Origin: Zygnema circumcarinatum SAG 698-1b
Taxonomy: Eukaryota; Plantae; Zygnematophyceae
Assembly (NCBI GenBank): GCA_037447605.1
Contig: CM074813.1
Coordinates: forward strand, 124,001 to 188,000
Direction: 5' to 3'
DNA length: 64,000 nt
Each line of letters starts with the position of its first letter. Within the stretch, counting starts at the first letter, position 1. Position numbers and translations under genes: made by a program. A model generated the notes under the pieces. It made no database searches. It saw nothing but the letters and a program-made list of their open reading frames with translations, and was not told where the DNA came from. Below, piece by piece: positions 50,225 through 60,873 of the stretch.

Positions 50225-50687
50225 GGCGGCAGTGCTCCCCCGTTCCCTGTCCTCCTCCTCTCTTCCTCTCTCCCCCTCTGGCCGCCGAAACCCTAAAAAG
50301 TCAATGTCGACAGTTTCTGCGCATAGAGTCCCCTTCCTCCAAAAACCAGGAGGGAGGGCCTGCGACATTGAGAAACGTCGCATGCGTCGCAGGACTAAAT
50401 CCTGCCGTCGATTCAGGTCGTGGGAGGCTCCTGGTCGCCCACTTTCGATTTTCGATCGATCGGACGGCCAGGACGGCTGCGATTCGCGTCAGGGCTTCTG
50501 GAAGATTCGCTCCGGCGGCCGCCAGTCTGCGCATAGAACGCGCGGCCCGTTTCACTGATCGTCGTCGAATGGGACGGCCTTTTTTTTGGCAGTTCATGTC
50601 CTGTTACGTGTCACACAGAGCACGCTGCGCAATTTAACTGTGGAACTGTCTCAAGGAAGGGCCTTAAGTTGTACGGTATTCCCTTTC

Positions 50688-51364
50688 TAGTACCCCCCCT
50701 AATATTTTCGCCATGGTTTCGCCAAATAGGGGGAGTCAGACCTTGACCATCGCTTACGAAATTCCCGAATTACTTCTACTAAAAGTCACTTCTTTCGTGT
50801 ACGAATTCCGGGTCGGGATCCGCGGCTCCGCCGTACCCAGCCATACCGAAATGCGTACCTAGCCAATGCTTAATTCGGCCGACAGGCTTACGAAATTGAT
50901 ATGGTGATGGTCAAGGTCTGACTCCCCCTAATATTGGAATTTGAAAATATAAGGAAGTCCGTGTTAACAATAGGCGGGCGATATTATGTTAGGAGTCCGG
51001 CCTGCGGCCGTACTGTTTCTCTCTATACGGAGGCGAATGGCCGCCATGGCCGCCAGGCGGTCCCTATCGCGAGCTCCTATTGGTGCCGTACATTTAAGTA
51101 CACGAGTTCCAATTGATGCCGTACATATACCGTATGATCCAGAGATGTTATCCGTTCTTATCGTACAACGGAATAGCGTGACCCATGTTCGAAATCCGTT
51201 TTTATTTAGCAGGTTCTGTATTTGAAAATAGCGCAGGTTAGGTTTACACCCCTAATACATTAACACAGACTTACCGTACTAAAAGTTGTTTTCTCAAAAT
51301 CAGGGCGAATTTCTTGGGTAACGAAAATACCCGGGTGGAAAATATTAAGGGGGGGGGGGTACTG
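50688..51364. mobile_element. Older Tc1/mariner-like non-autonomous element hosting the MITE
   Basis: Left end TAGTACCCCCCCTAATATTTTC (50688-50709). Right end GAAAATATTAAG(11)TACTG|TA, whose reverse complement is TA|CAGTAC(11)TTAATATTTTC. The left end is degenerate and lacks a clean TA. Confidence 0.45.
50729..50928 (+). mobile_element. 200-bp MITE with perfect 23-bp TIRs and a TA target-site duplication
   Basis: GGGGGAGTCAGACCTTGACCATC at 50729-50751 and its exact reverse complement at 50906-50928. TA on both flanks (50727-28, 50929-30). No coding capacity. A second copy lies at 35058. Confidence 0.88.
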
Positions 51365-52071
51365 TATCGAGAATATCTGTATTAGTTGCACCCGCCGAAG
51401 GGAATGCAGTGGAATACAACAGTGGTGCTGCCTAACGGTTTAGGACACAATTGCCTATTTTCAAAACCATGGATCTGTCCCTCTCCCCGCTCGCTCTCGC
51501 ACCAAAAGCCGTGCCTAGCATGCTTATGGTTCTAGTTAAGGGTAAAAATTATGGACACGGAAATTATCAATTGTACAACACTGCCCTGACTCCCACACGA
51601 GCATTTCTTCGCTCCAAGAGGGGCCTCCAGCAGCAGGGCGAACCAATAATTAGAAGCTGCTTCTCCCAAGCAGGCGCTCCTCCCACTTGCCAAGTACCTT
51701 CACAATCTGCAAAAACGGGAAGAGGGAGGACACTAAGTCAAGAAAGGAGGAGAAAGTGGAATAGGAGACGAGAGCGAAAGGAGAGGCGGGTAGGAGGCGG
51801 AGTGGGAGAGTGCAGCGAGGGAGAGTGAAAGGGGCTGTCAGGACGAGAGAGGGCTGGAGGGAGGAAGAGAGGGAGAGAGCGAGAGAGAGAGGGACAGTGG
51901 GGCTGTCAGGACGAGACAGGGCTGGAGGGGGCAGAGAGGGAGATTGCGAGTGAGAAAGGAGAAAAAGATTCAGTGCCACAGGTGCCTGATTTGAGGAAAA
52001 GACAACACATACTTTGGGCAATCTTTGACACACCTGTGTTTTCAAATGCTTAAAAATTTGCAATACTGAAA

Positions 52072-55000
52072 CTATTTCGCCAAATACGTATAAGCTTCCA
52101 AATTTCTTTCATATATAAGCACAAGCTTTTGGGCGTCTCCATGTTTCACACTTCCGTTGGCTATTGCAGTCTCCACGAGCCCTTCAAATTCTGACAGCAA
52201 ATCCTTTGCGGAATACTGCACACGGAAAATTCCCGCCGACAGGTGCATTTAGAGAAGAATATAAGTTAAAAAAAATCCGACAAACGGATGCTCATCCGAT
52301 ACATTTTACCACAGAGTTTCCAGAAGTTTTGATCAACGAAAAGCCTGTGGAAATACATTGAAACGATAGAACTCTCGAAACAAAAAAGAGACGGAAGGAC
52401 GAATGGTTGCTTTCACCTGAACTGTGGCGAGTACGGCCGCAGTGGACTGCCCTCCCATCACAAGTTCTATGCCGTACACACTGTTCTGTTCCGTACAACA
52501 GTCTCCATGCGCCTCCGTTCTTTCTGCAGTTGCTTTGGGAGCTGCCCGGACACAAACACTATTTGTCCGCCCAAACAAATTATGCTGGCTGCCCATAGCC
52601 TCCTGCAACAAATCAAGAAAAAAAAAGGAGGGGGAAAGACAACGAAAGGGGGGAAGAAGGGGAGTAAGTAAACAAAGGATGTGAGAGGTGGAGTCAATTC
52701 TCGCTTTGCAAAACCCATTAGTCAACCCCCTCCTTCCTTTTGTTATTTTATCTTGTTTGAAGTGTGGTTAAGCACAAACGGTACAAAACGCACCTGGTAT
52801 GCTCCTCCCAAAAAAAATCCCAGAAAATATTTTTCCCCTTTCCGTAGGGCATGCACAGGGAGGGTCGCTCTGGGCTCGCCACCTGTCGGGTTTATAAACC
52901 GCGAAATCTTTCCATCGCTATCGCAAGTTAGGTCCGCCAAAGAAGCGTACAAAAGGGGCTGCTCTTGCAGGCGGTGGAGGGGCATGATTGGAAATATTTG
53001 CTGGATTGCCCAGGAGTCCGGCACGGATCGGAAAACTGATAAGTTTACATGATACGTGGCCGCCATGGATTGGTTGAGGGAACTCAGTTCCTCGGCAAGG
53101 TTTGTCCGCATTTCCGCATACGAAAGCACTCGATGGCAGATAGCCTAGGCGACATTTAAAGAAGGAATCAATCAGCAAAGAAATCAAAATAACACGAACA
53201 CAGAGATTGCGACAAGCGTTCATGTCGTCAAAACAAAAGTCTATGACCTGAGCTCGTTAGGGTTTCCTGGACTTTTGAACGTTGAAAGCTTCAGGCATCA
53301 AGAATTCAGGGATAAAATTGAATTGAATCAACGCACCTGATGAATGGCTTCAGCTAAGGCTCTCTGTTCCAAACTCATGCATCCCAATTTGAACAGAGAC
53401 GCTGCCTCCTTTTTGAACTGCTTTGCATCGTTGTACGACTCCTGAAAATTTGACTCATTTGTCGTGTCCAGAACATTTCGAAACGTCTCCAAAAGGTACG
53501 CTCCCGCCTCCGCCGCAGGAACGCTGCCGGATGGTGTTTGCCGAGTCAGCATTTCCAGCTGGCGGTCTGCGATTCGCCGAGAGGGAGAGGTGGAACTGAG
53601 AACGTTTGTGACAAGGACGGAGTGGTGGGAGGCGAGCGCCCTCCCGCTTTCGGAGACGATGATTGGCTGCGGGACCTTCTTTAGGACACATGCGTCCAGC
53701 AGGGCGGCGACGACATCATTTGCATAGTTCTGCACATGGAAACGCAGGGTGTTAGGACTGCTGGGGGTTTCCAAGGAAAGTGGTGGGGTTGAGGGGGAAA
53801 GAGGGAAAGCATGGGAGAAGAGGTCAGGTTGGGGAGAGACGGATGGGGAGTAGGGGTGGACGAAGGAGAGAGGGGTGGGGAGAGAAGGGTGGAGGGAAAT
53901 CAACATCGCAGGAAGAACAGAATCGATAAAGATTGAGGGTTCAAAAATCGAGAAATAAACGGTCAAGCATTGCTGAATTGTAACACGAAATAATGATTTT
54001 TAGGGCTTGAACCTGCATGCTGTAATTTGTCGAAGAGGACCCCTGGCTTTTTGACCCATCGTAGTCAATTCCCAGACCGCCTCCAACGTCGATATATTTC
54101 TGACATTCACAAATCCACGTTGAGATTTCATATTTTTCACGTTAGATCAAATTCCACAAAACGAAACCCTCAAAGGCTCAAAAGCTAGCTGAAATCCCTA
54201 ATGCTGTCGAGTGATTTGAGATCCTAAAAAACCCTAAAACTCTCCAAAAGGTAACTCTGAATCCCTAAAATTTCTAAGTCCATTTTTTTTTTCTCTTTCC
54301 ATTTACCATGGAAGCTCCGAGCAGAGCGAGTTCGCAGTAGAGGTGGCTGGCCTCCCTCATCGCCTCCTTCACTATGGCGATTGAAGGAATCTGCGAGCCG
54401 ATGTGGAAGTGGAGTAGCTGCAAACACTCCAGCTCGCCCTCCTGAAAAAGGCCCAAAATCACAATAATTTTACCAATGTAGATTCCAAAAGGACATCTCA
54501 GAGATTTGAATTTTCTTGACCTAACATGGATGAATTGATGCCAGTTGTATTAATTCGGAGTAGTCAGTAATCTATCAAAGTTGAATTGAAAAAAGTGTGA
54601 AGGTTCTACCGAATGGCCTACCTCCTTGAGAGTGTGCACAACCTCCAATAGTTCGTTCACATTAAGTCCGAATTTCGCTCCATCTCCGGAAGTACCCCCC
54701 CAATGGCCTTCATGTTTGGTCCCAAGTTTCGCCCTAACTCCGACTATGGGCTTCACCCCCATCTTCTTACTCGCACTCAAAAGGTCTCCCAATTCCTCCA
54801 CCTGGATTCGAAAATCAAAAAAATATATGAACTGTAGAAATGAACTCATTTAACCCACAGGATAAACGACAAGCCAATTCCTTTAAAGGGAAATTATATA
54901 GGCCCCTTAAGCGACAGAACTCGACGAACCCCCCCCCCCCTCTCTCTCTCCCCCTGTCGATATATATTGTCTCATTTTTCTCTCTCCCTTCCCAAATCCC

Positions 55001-57124
55001 GCTTCTTCTTGACTTATGGCAGTCTGCCATTGGCTACCTGCTCGAGGACCACCACCGCATTGATGCCAAGCTGGCATGCCAAAAGTGCACTTTCGATGTA
55101 CCCGAAATCCTGTTGCCAAGGAGCAAAACATTTCTCGATTATTTTTCCTTGCAAATTCCGAAACAGTGTGAGAAATGCAACCAAATTTCATGTTTCATGA
55201 ATACATGCTCAAAAGAACGTGAGATCTCATTTGTACCTCATGCAAAAGCAACTCCTTTGACATATCTCACCTTATATCCGTTGCATATGAGGAGCGCATC
55301 TGAGCTGCTTTTCTGAAGCTTTGCCATCGCTATAAGCAGTTCCGGTTTGGATCCGACTTCCAAACCAAAATTCAAATCGCGCCCCGCATTCACAATTTCT
55401 TCAATAATGTAACGGTCCTGGTTGCATTTCACGGGAAATACTCCTTGAAAGTTCCGCTGCGCATCACATGGAACGTCCCCGTTACATGCGAGTTTCGCTG
55501 CGTCCTTATTCTCAGTTCTCAGTTCAGTTCAGTGGCTAACAAATCAAATAGTATCAGGTAGTCCATTGGCGGATCCAGCTGCAACAACCATATTCGAAGC
55601 ATGCGTGCTTGCCAGCTGGCACGCCGCGATTAGCTGAAGGCTTCGCCTCGTGAGGTGGCAGTCAACCATTGGCCGGGGTCTCCTAGGAGCCCCACCTCAT
55701 ATCCGTACCGCTGAATGGCAACATTGAAGCAGTCTTGCAGGCGGTGCATCCGATCTCGAATTATTTGCGGAAACCGGATCACGATTGGGGGCTGGATTCC
55801 ACGGCAGCCAAGATCCCCTAATAGGTCCATGATGTCAATTTCGCCTTCATCTGCATTTCCATCCAAAGTCACCCAGAGGGGTTTCAATCTATTTGTACAT
55901 GATAAAATTGGTCCATCGAAATCAGCTTGGACTTTAGCTCTACGCTTCAGATATGGGCCATGAAATCTCTCCGTCATGCAATACTTGAATACACAACTAA
56001 TCGCATGAATTAGCCTATCAAAGGCCACAACTCGGGGCTTGTTTTTACTCATACCACCATCTCCCGTAGGTTTGACCACCAAGTTTCCGGCAGCGTTCAC
56101 ACTGAAATACGGCGAACCCCATCCCTCCAAACGGTACAACCCCGCGGAGTCTTGGGCGGTCCAACCCCCTTGCTGCTGAACGCCGATTCCCATCCAAGAA
56201 CAAGAAGTACGAATTTAAGAAAACAAAGGTATAAGCCACAGAAACTCGGGTTCACAGACACATTGATAAGCACGAAATGGGTGATTATACATAGAGCATA
56301 CAGAAATAAACATCCACAAGAAAAATAGAGCAACAAGTCGAAATCACTTCTACAATACTAATCCAGAAGAAATTGAGGATGTCTAGTTTTCAACAAAGTT
56401 TCTAAGTTCTATGAGTAGAAAACCAGTATTGGAGTTCTTTAAAAGGAAGTAGAAGTTCACCGAAATTGTCTTTTCAAACGTAGCAGCTCCTTGTTCGAGA
56501 GGGCCCACTAGCTGACAGCTCAACGGTCTTCCATTTCTTCGCGTTCGAACTGAAGCCACGTCGGGCCAGACATAAGGGTCCAACGACCATTTCTTCACCT
56601 GCTCCTTGAAGGAATTGAAGCAAATAAGCACTCGAAATCTGTCCAGGAATGGAATTGGGAATGCAGAACGTGTTCCAAATACAACAATTGGCGTAACATG
56701 ACTAAATTATTACCACGTGAACAAATCAACACTCAACAATAATCAATACGCTAGTTCCAACATGTTTCCAATCCACGTTTTTCCCCCTTACCCCTCCGCT
56801 TTCTTTGTCCTTCCTACCTTCCATGTCCCTACGCTTTTTACCTCCCTCTCCCCTTCAAGACCTAGCCTTGAACCAAACATGCGAAGCTTACAGCTCTGAA
56901 ACTCTTCACATATTTTGCATGAATTCATTGCTATGCAATGCCAACACCGTTTTCCTTACTGGCGGACCACAAGGTCTACCCTCCATGAATTTGAGGCTTC
57001 CAGTTTTCAAGGTTAGGGTTCGGGCTTCCAAGGCTGAGGGTTGTACCGCGCAGGGTTTATGACGGCCCGTGTACACATGTCCTGCGCGGAGGCCTCCATG
57101 AGCAGGAGGCAGGAGCAACGCCAT
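52072..57124 (-). CDS. ADC: Arginine decarboxylase (SpeA-type, PLP-dependent), about 13 exons, probable plastid transit peptide
   Basis: [21 protein letters not shown] (PLP lysine), [71 protein letters not shown], and C-terminal [13 protein letters not shown]. First exon [11 protein letters not shown]...CGPP|gtaagg (57124-56960) is in phase with the next exons. Confidence 0.92.
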
Positions 57125-57180
57125 GGCGCCAGGTGGCACCCAGGAAGACACGTGGCCCAGTCAAAGCGCTGGCCGCGCTA

Positions 57181-57573
57181 CTACCGCCATTGCCCGTTTG
57201 CAGGGGCGCGCTCTCCGTCTTTCGGACCGTACCGTACATTGGCTTGTCGCCACCCGGGGGTGGCAGACTTGAAAAACATTCTGCATACTAAAAAATATTT
57301 TTCAGTACCTTTCGAAGTCAATTCCGCGCAAAGTGAACTGCCGAGTCTCTGTTCGCCATCCGTGACGTGACCGTCTTCGCACGTCTCGAGGGCATTTTCC
57401 GCACCTCCGCACCTTTTAGGTACATTCGTACGGCTGTAGGGCTTACTGTATACGGCGGCAGGCTTCTCTAACGGGCCAGCGCCAATTAGGGATGGACGAA
57501 AGTCCATACAAGCGACTTTTAGAGTTTTAGATTTCAGTACTAGAACGTTCCCTTTGAGCTCCTCGTGCGGCAT
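57181..57573 (-). CDS. 130-codon ORF immediately upstream of ADC (uORF or first cistron)
   Basis: ATG 57573 is directly preceded by a TAA, and the stop lies 57 nt before the proposed ADC ATG. No recognised homology. Confidence 0.3.
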   Translation of the reverse strand: MPHEELKGNVLVLKSKTLKVACMDFRPSLIGAGPLEKPAAVYSKPYSRTNVPKRCGGAENALETCEDGHVTDGEQRLGSSLCAELTSKGTEKYFLVCRMFFKSATPGWRQANVRYGPKDGERAPANGQWR

Positions 57574-57586
57574 TTATCGTTGCGGA

Positions 57587-57645
57587 TTAGGGTTAGGGTT
57601 AGGATTATTAGAGTCAGGGTTAGGATTAGGGTTAGGGGTGAGGGT
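57587..57645. repeat. Degenerate TTAGGG/TTAGGA telo-box-like array in the ADC/VPS22 divergent region
   Basis: ttagggttagggttaggattattagagtcagggttaggattagggttagggg, read directly. Confidence 0.75.
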
Positions 57646-57858
57646 CGCAACAGGCAGCAGCAGTGAGGGAACATGAGGACAGGGCGTCGAGCATACGAGA
57701 GAAGGCTTATCAGCTCGACGGGGGTTAGGTTTCACGGGTCGAAGGGCTGCGAGACGTGAGTCGCATTCCCCCTCCCCCTCCTCTGACCTAATTTCCGTCT
57801 CCGCTATTTTCCCTTCCCTTGGGGGCGGCAAGGACGAATAGCAGCGGCGCAAACAGAC

Positions 57859-60069
57859 ATGCGGCGCCGACCGGGCATCTCGGGGCTGCAGCTGTCCGCG
57901 GCAGCGCGGGTAATGTGCTCTTGTATCTCTTCCTTTCCTCCTCTCTTCCTCTCGCTCCTTCCTTCTGTTGCCTCTCCCTCTCTCCTTCCCGCTGTCACTT
58001 GCTGCCTTCTTTTTCCAGGTTGTCTCCCTCCACGCGCACACCCCCCCCTCGCCCGTCCCCCTTGCTCTCCTTTTTTCTTCACTTCCGCCTCCTTTCCCAC
58101 TCACTCTCACTCTCATCTCCTGCGTACCCACCTCGACTGAATCCATTGCACATGTGCCCCCGTAATGGTCAACAGGGCCAGTACAAGTCGCTGGGGGAAA
58201 ATGTGGCGAAGGTGCGAATGGATCAAATGAAGGAACAACTAGATACGTTTAAAACGCATTTGGAGGAATTTGCTCGAAAGCATAAGGTGCATTTTACCTT
58301 CGAAGGAACTAAGCATCCTTGTACTTGTTGTCTGGAAACTTCGAAACTCGACAAGCATCACCAATTGTTTATGGAATGCTTAGATGCTCCTTAGAGTTCC
58401 GAGAGCAAACATCGTCCTATTTTCTATGAACATTTTTCCTTTGATCAGTTATTTCATCGCTTCTCCAACGCGAATCCATGTTTTTTTCATTTTCGTTTAT
58501 TGCATCAACTGTCTTAAATTGATGTGGAAAGTGCCTCGGTTCAAGAAGTTAATGAACGAACACGGGCTCACTGTCACGCTATTTTCCTGGCATTAAGAAG
58601 TTCGCAATCAATGAAAGCTCGCTGGAAATACCCAACTTAGGCCCCTTCCTCTTTCTTCTAAACAGGCGGACATAAAAAAAAATCCCCGTTTTCGTGCCCA
58701 ATTCCATGCAATGTGCGCAAAATGTGGAGTGGACCCCTTAGCTTCAAACAAGGGATTTTGGGCTGAACTTCTCGGAATCGGCGACTTCTACTATGAACTT
58801 GGTACTCGCATTGGCCGTTTCAACTTTGTTTGCTTTGTACTTGAATTCATGTCTTCTGCGCTATGTGTCCTTATCAAGGGTGGCTATGTGCTGTATGCAG
58901 GAGTTCAGATTGTGGATATTTGTCTCTACACTCGAGCAGACAACGGCGGTCTCATTGATTTGGAAGAGCTCCGCTCACGATTGGCTGCTCAAAGACGCGG
59001 AACAAAGGAGCCAATCACAAGCGACGATTGCCTGAAGGCTATCAGCAAACTTAAGGTGCTCTATTTTGGCTGAACAAAGACTTTGGGTTTGGAAATGCTA
59101 AAATTGCCGAAAGGTTTCTTTGATTTTGAATTCAGGCAAATTACTTTGTACTGAGTTTTGACCGTTATGGTGGTTTTTGGTAATTTGCTGGCCTGGGAAG
59201 CAGGATTCCATTGAGTTTGATGGCAGGGACTTTTTTCGATTGAATGTTTGGCTTTCCTTATCTGGTGTGGGGAGGGAAGTGATAAGCAGGTCCTTGGAAG
59301 TGGCTTTGAAGTTGTTTCCATCGGTTCCCGGAAGTTGGTTCGTTCTGTTCCGACAGAACTGAACCGCGACCATAATGACATTTTGGAAATGGCTCAGGTC
59401 AGCGGTGGCATCCAGATATCTTCAAAACCTCTGCTCCTCATATCTCATATTACTTTATCAGAGAAATGTTGATGCCATTTGTTCGGGGTCCATGTGTTTT
59501 GCTGCTGTTCGGTCTTGTTCAGTGGCTGTTGTCCATGCAAAGCTTAAATACTCCTTTTCCTGTCTCTCTTCTTTGTCTCTCTCCCCCTTTCTCTCTCTCT
59601 TTCTCTCTCTTTCAAATACAGGCACGAGGATTTGTAAGTGCAGAGGAGGTGGAGGCGAAGTATGGATGGCAGAGAGGGAGAGTGATTGATGCCCTCGACA
59701 CACTCTTGAAGGTGCGCGAAGAACGTCAACGCATTTTTTGGGGTTTTGTTCGGTGCAGGTTGTGTTCATGGAATAGAACGTGGATCCAGTTTCTCGGAAC
59801 GGTCGATCTTTCCATGCCATGTCACTGACGCGGTTCGCCAGAAATTAGTTTATGGAAATTTTCCTTTTTTTTTTGAAGTTGAAATTGGAATTTCAACTGG
59901 CTCCTCCTTTTTTAACTGGCTCCTCGTTTGGCTTTTCTCTGACGGACTCGTGCAGGATGGCCTTGCCATGGTGGATGATGGGCATCAAGAAGGAAAACGG
60001 CTCTACTGGTTTCCCTGTGTGAGCTCGGAACAAAGTTTGGACTTTGAAAGCGATCTACACGGGACGTGA
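57859..60069 (+). CDS. VPS22: ESCRT-II subunit VPS22/SNF8, multi-exon
   Basis: [22 protein letters not shown]...[81 protein letters not shown]. These match plant VPS22. Confidence 0.93.
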
Positions 60070-60508
60070 TGGGAATGCTGAAATCGAAATTATGTAGCCA
60101 TAATCATCATTAGCATGAGTTTAAACTTGTACAAATCGCCGTAACCCACAGCTTTGGGAATCTGACGCTTCTGTAAATAATCTGTATCATTTGATGGAGG
60201 ACGCCTGCTGGTTCTCTCTGCATTTGCTCCGCCGAAAGCGTCAAGGGAAGGGACCCGCGCAGCACTGTATGGGAAGCAGCGCCGTTCTTACCTTACAAGC
60301 CGTACAATATCGTACTAAGCCTTACAATATCGTACTGTATCGTATCGCCCCCTCCAACAACGCCCCTTTTTATGCGCGCGTGTGCGTTTTGTGCTCGCCG
60401 TAGAACAGCGACCGCATGTGCGCGCGTGACGTGACGGACCACTGCTTGCCGCAGCTGCGCTCGAAGGTGGCGGTTTTCTGATGGCGTCATTTTTTGACGT
60501 GATTTTGC

Positions 60509-60873
60509 CACGTGTCATCAAACTGAAGCCGGAATACTCTTTCATGACGTCATCGTTATACATCGCCAAGTGGCGCCCTCACACTCCTCCACGTGGCAGA
60601 TCTCCACCTCGCCTCACTCGCCTCCCTTTCCCTCCGCGCGCCACGTATCGTTCAGCGGGCGTCCCACGTGGCGGACATAACAGCGAGGCTGCCACGCAGC
60701 ATGGCGTGCAAGGAGCTGCCAGCTGGCGGCCACAGAGACCGTCTGCCGCAGGTGCCACGTGGCGCATGCTGTGAATGGGATGGTTAAATGGTGGACTCAT
60801 CGGGTGCCACGTGGCGCCCATTTTGCGGGGAACTGCTGCGGATGTGCCACGTGGCGGGAGAAGGGTACACGTG
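60509..60873. promoter_or_regulatory. Dense G-box cluster spanning the promoter and first intron of the phosphatase gene
   Basis: CACGTG at 60509, 60590, 60665, 60756, 60808, 60848 and 60868. Three are the identical 12-mer TGCCACGTGGCG inside intron 1. Confidence 0.65.

Noticed and set aside
50225-50383. Upstream extension of the SF1 ORF
   Set aside because: Translates the telo-box and purine-rich leader. ATG 50224 in a good GCCATGG context is the more likely start.
51831-51929. Two ~30-bp direct repeats about 68 bp apart (CRISPR-like spacing)
   Set aside because: Only two copies within a purine-rich tract of a eukaryotic genome, with no cas genes. A local duplication.
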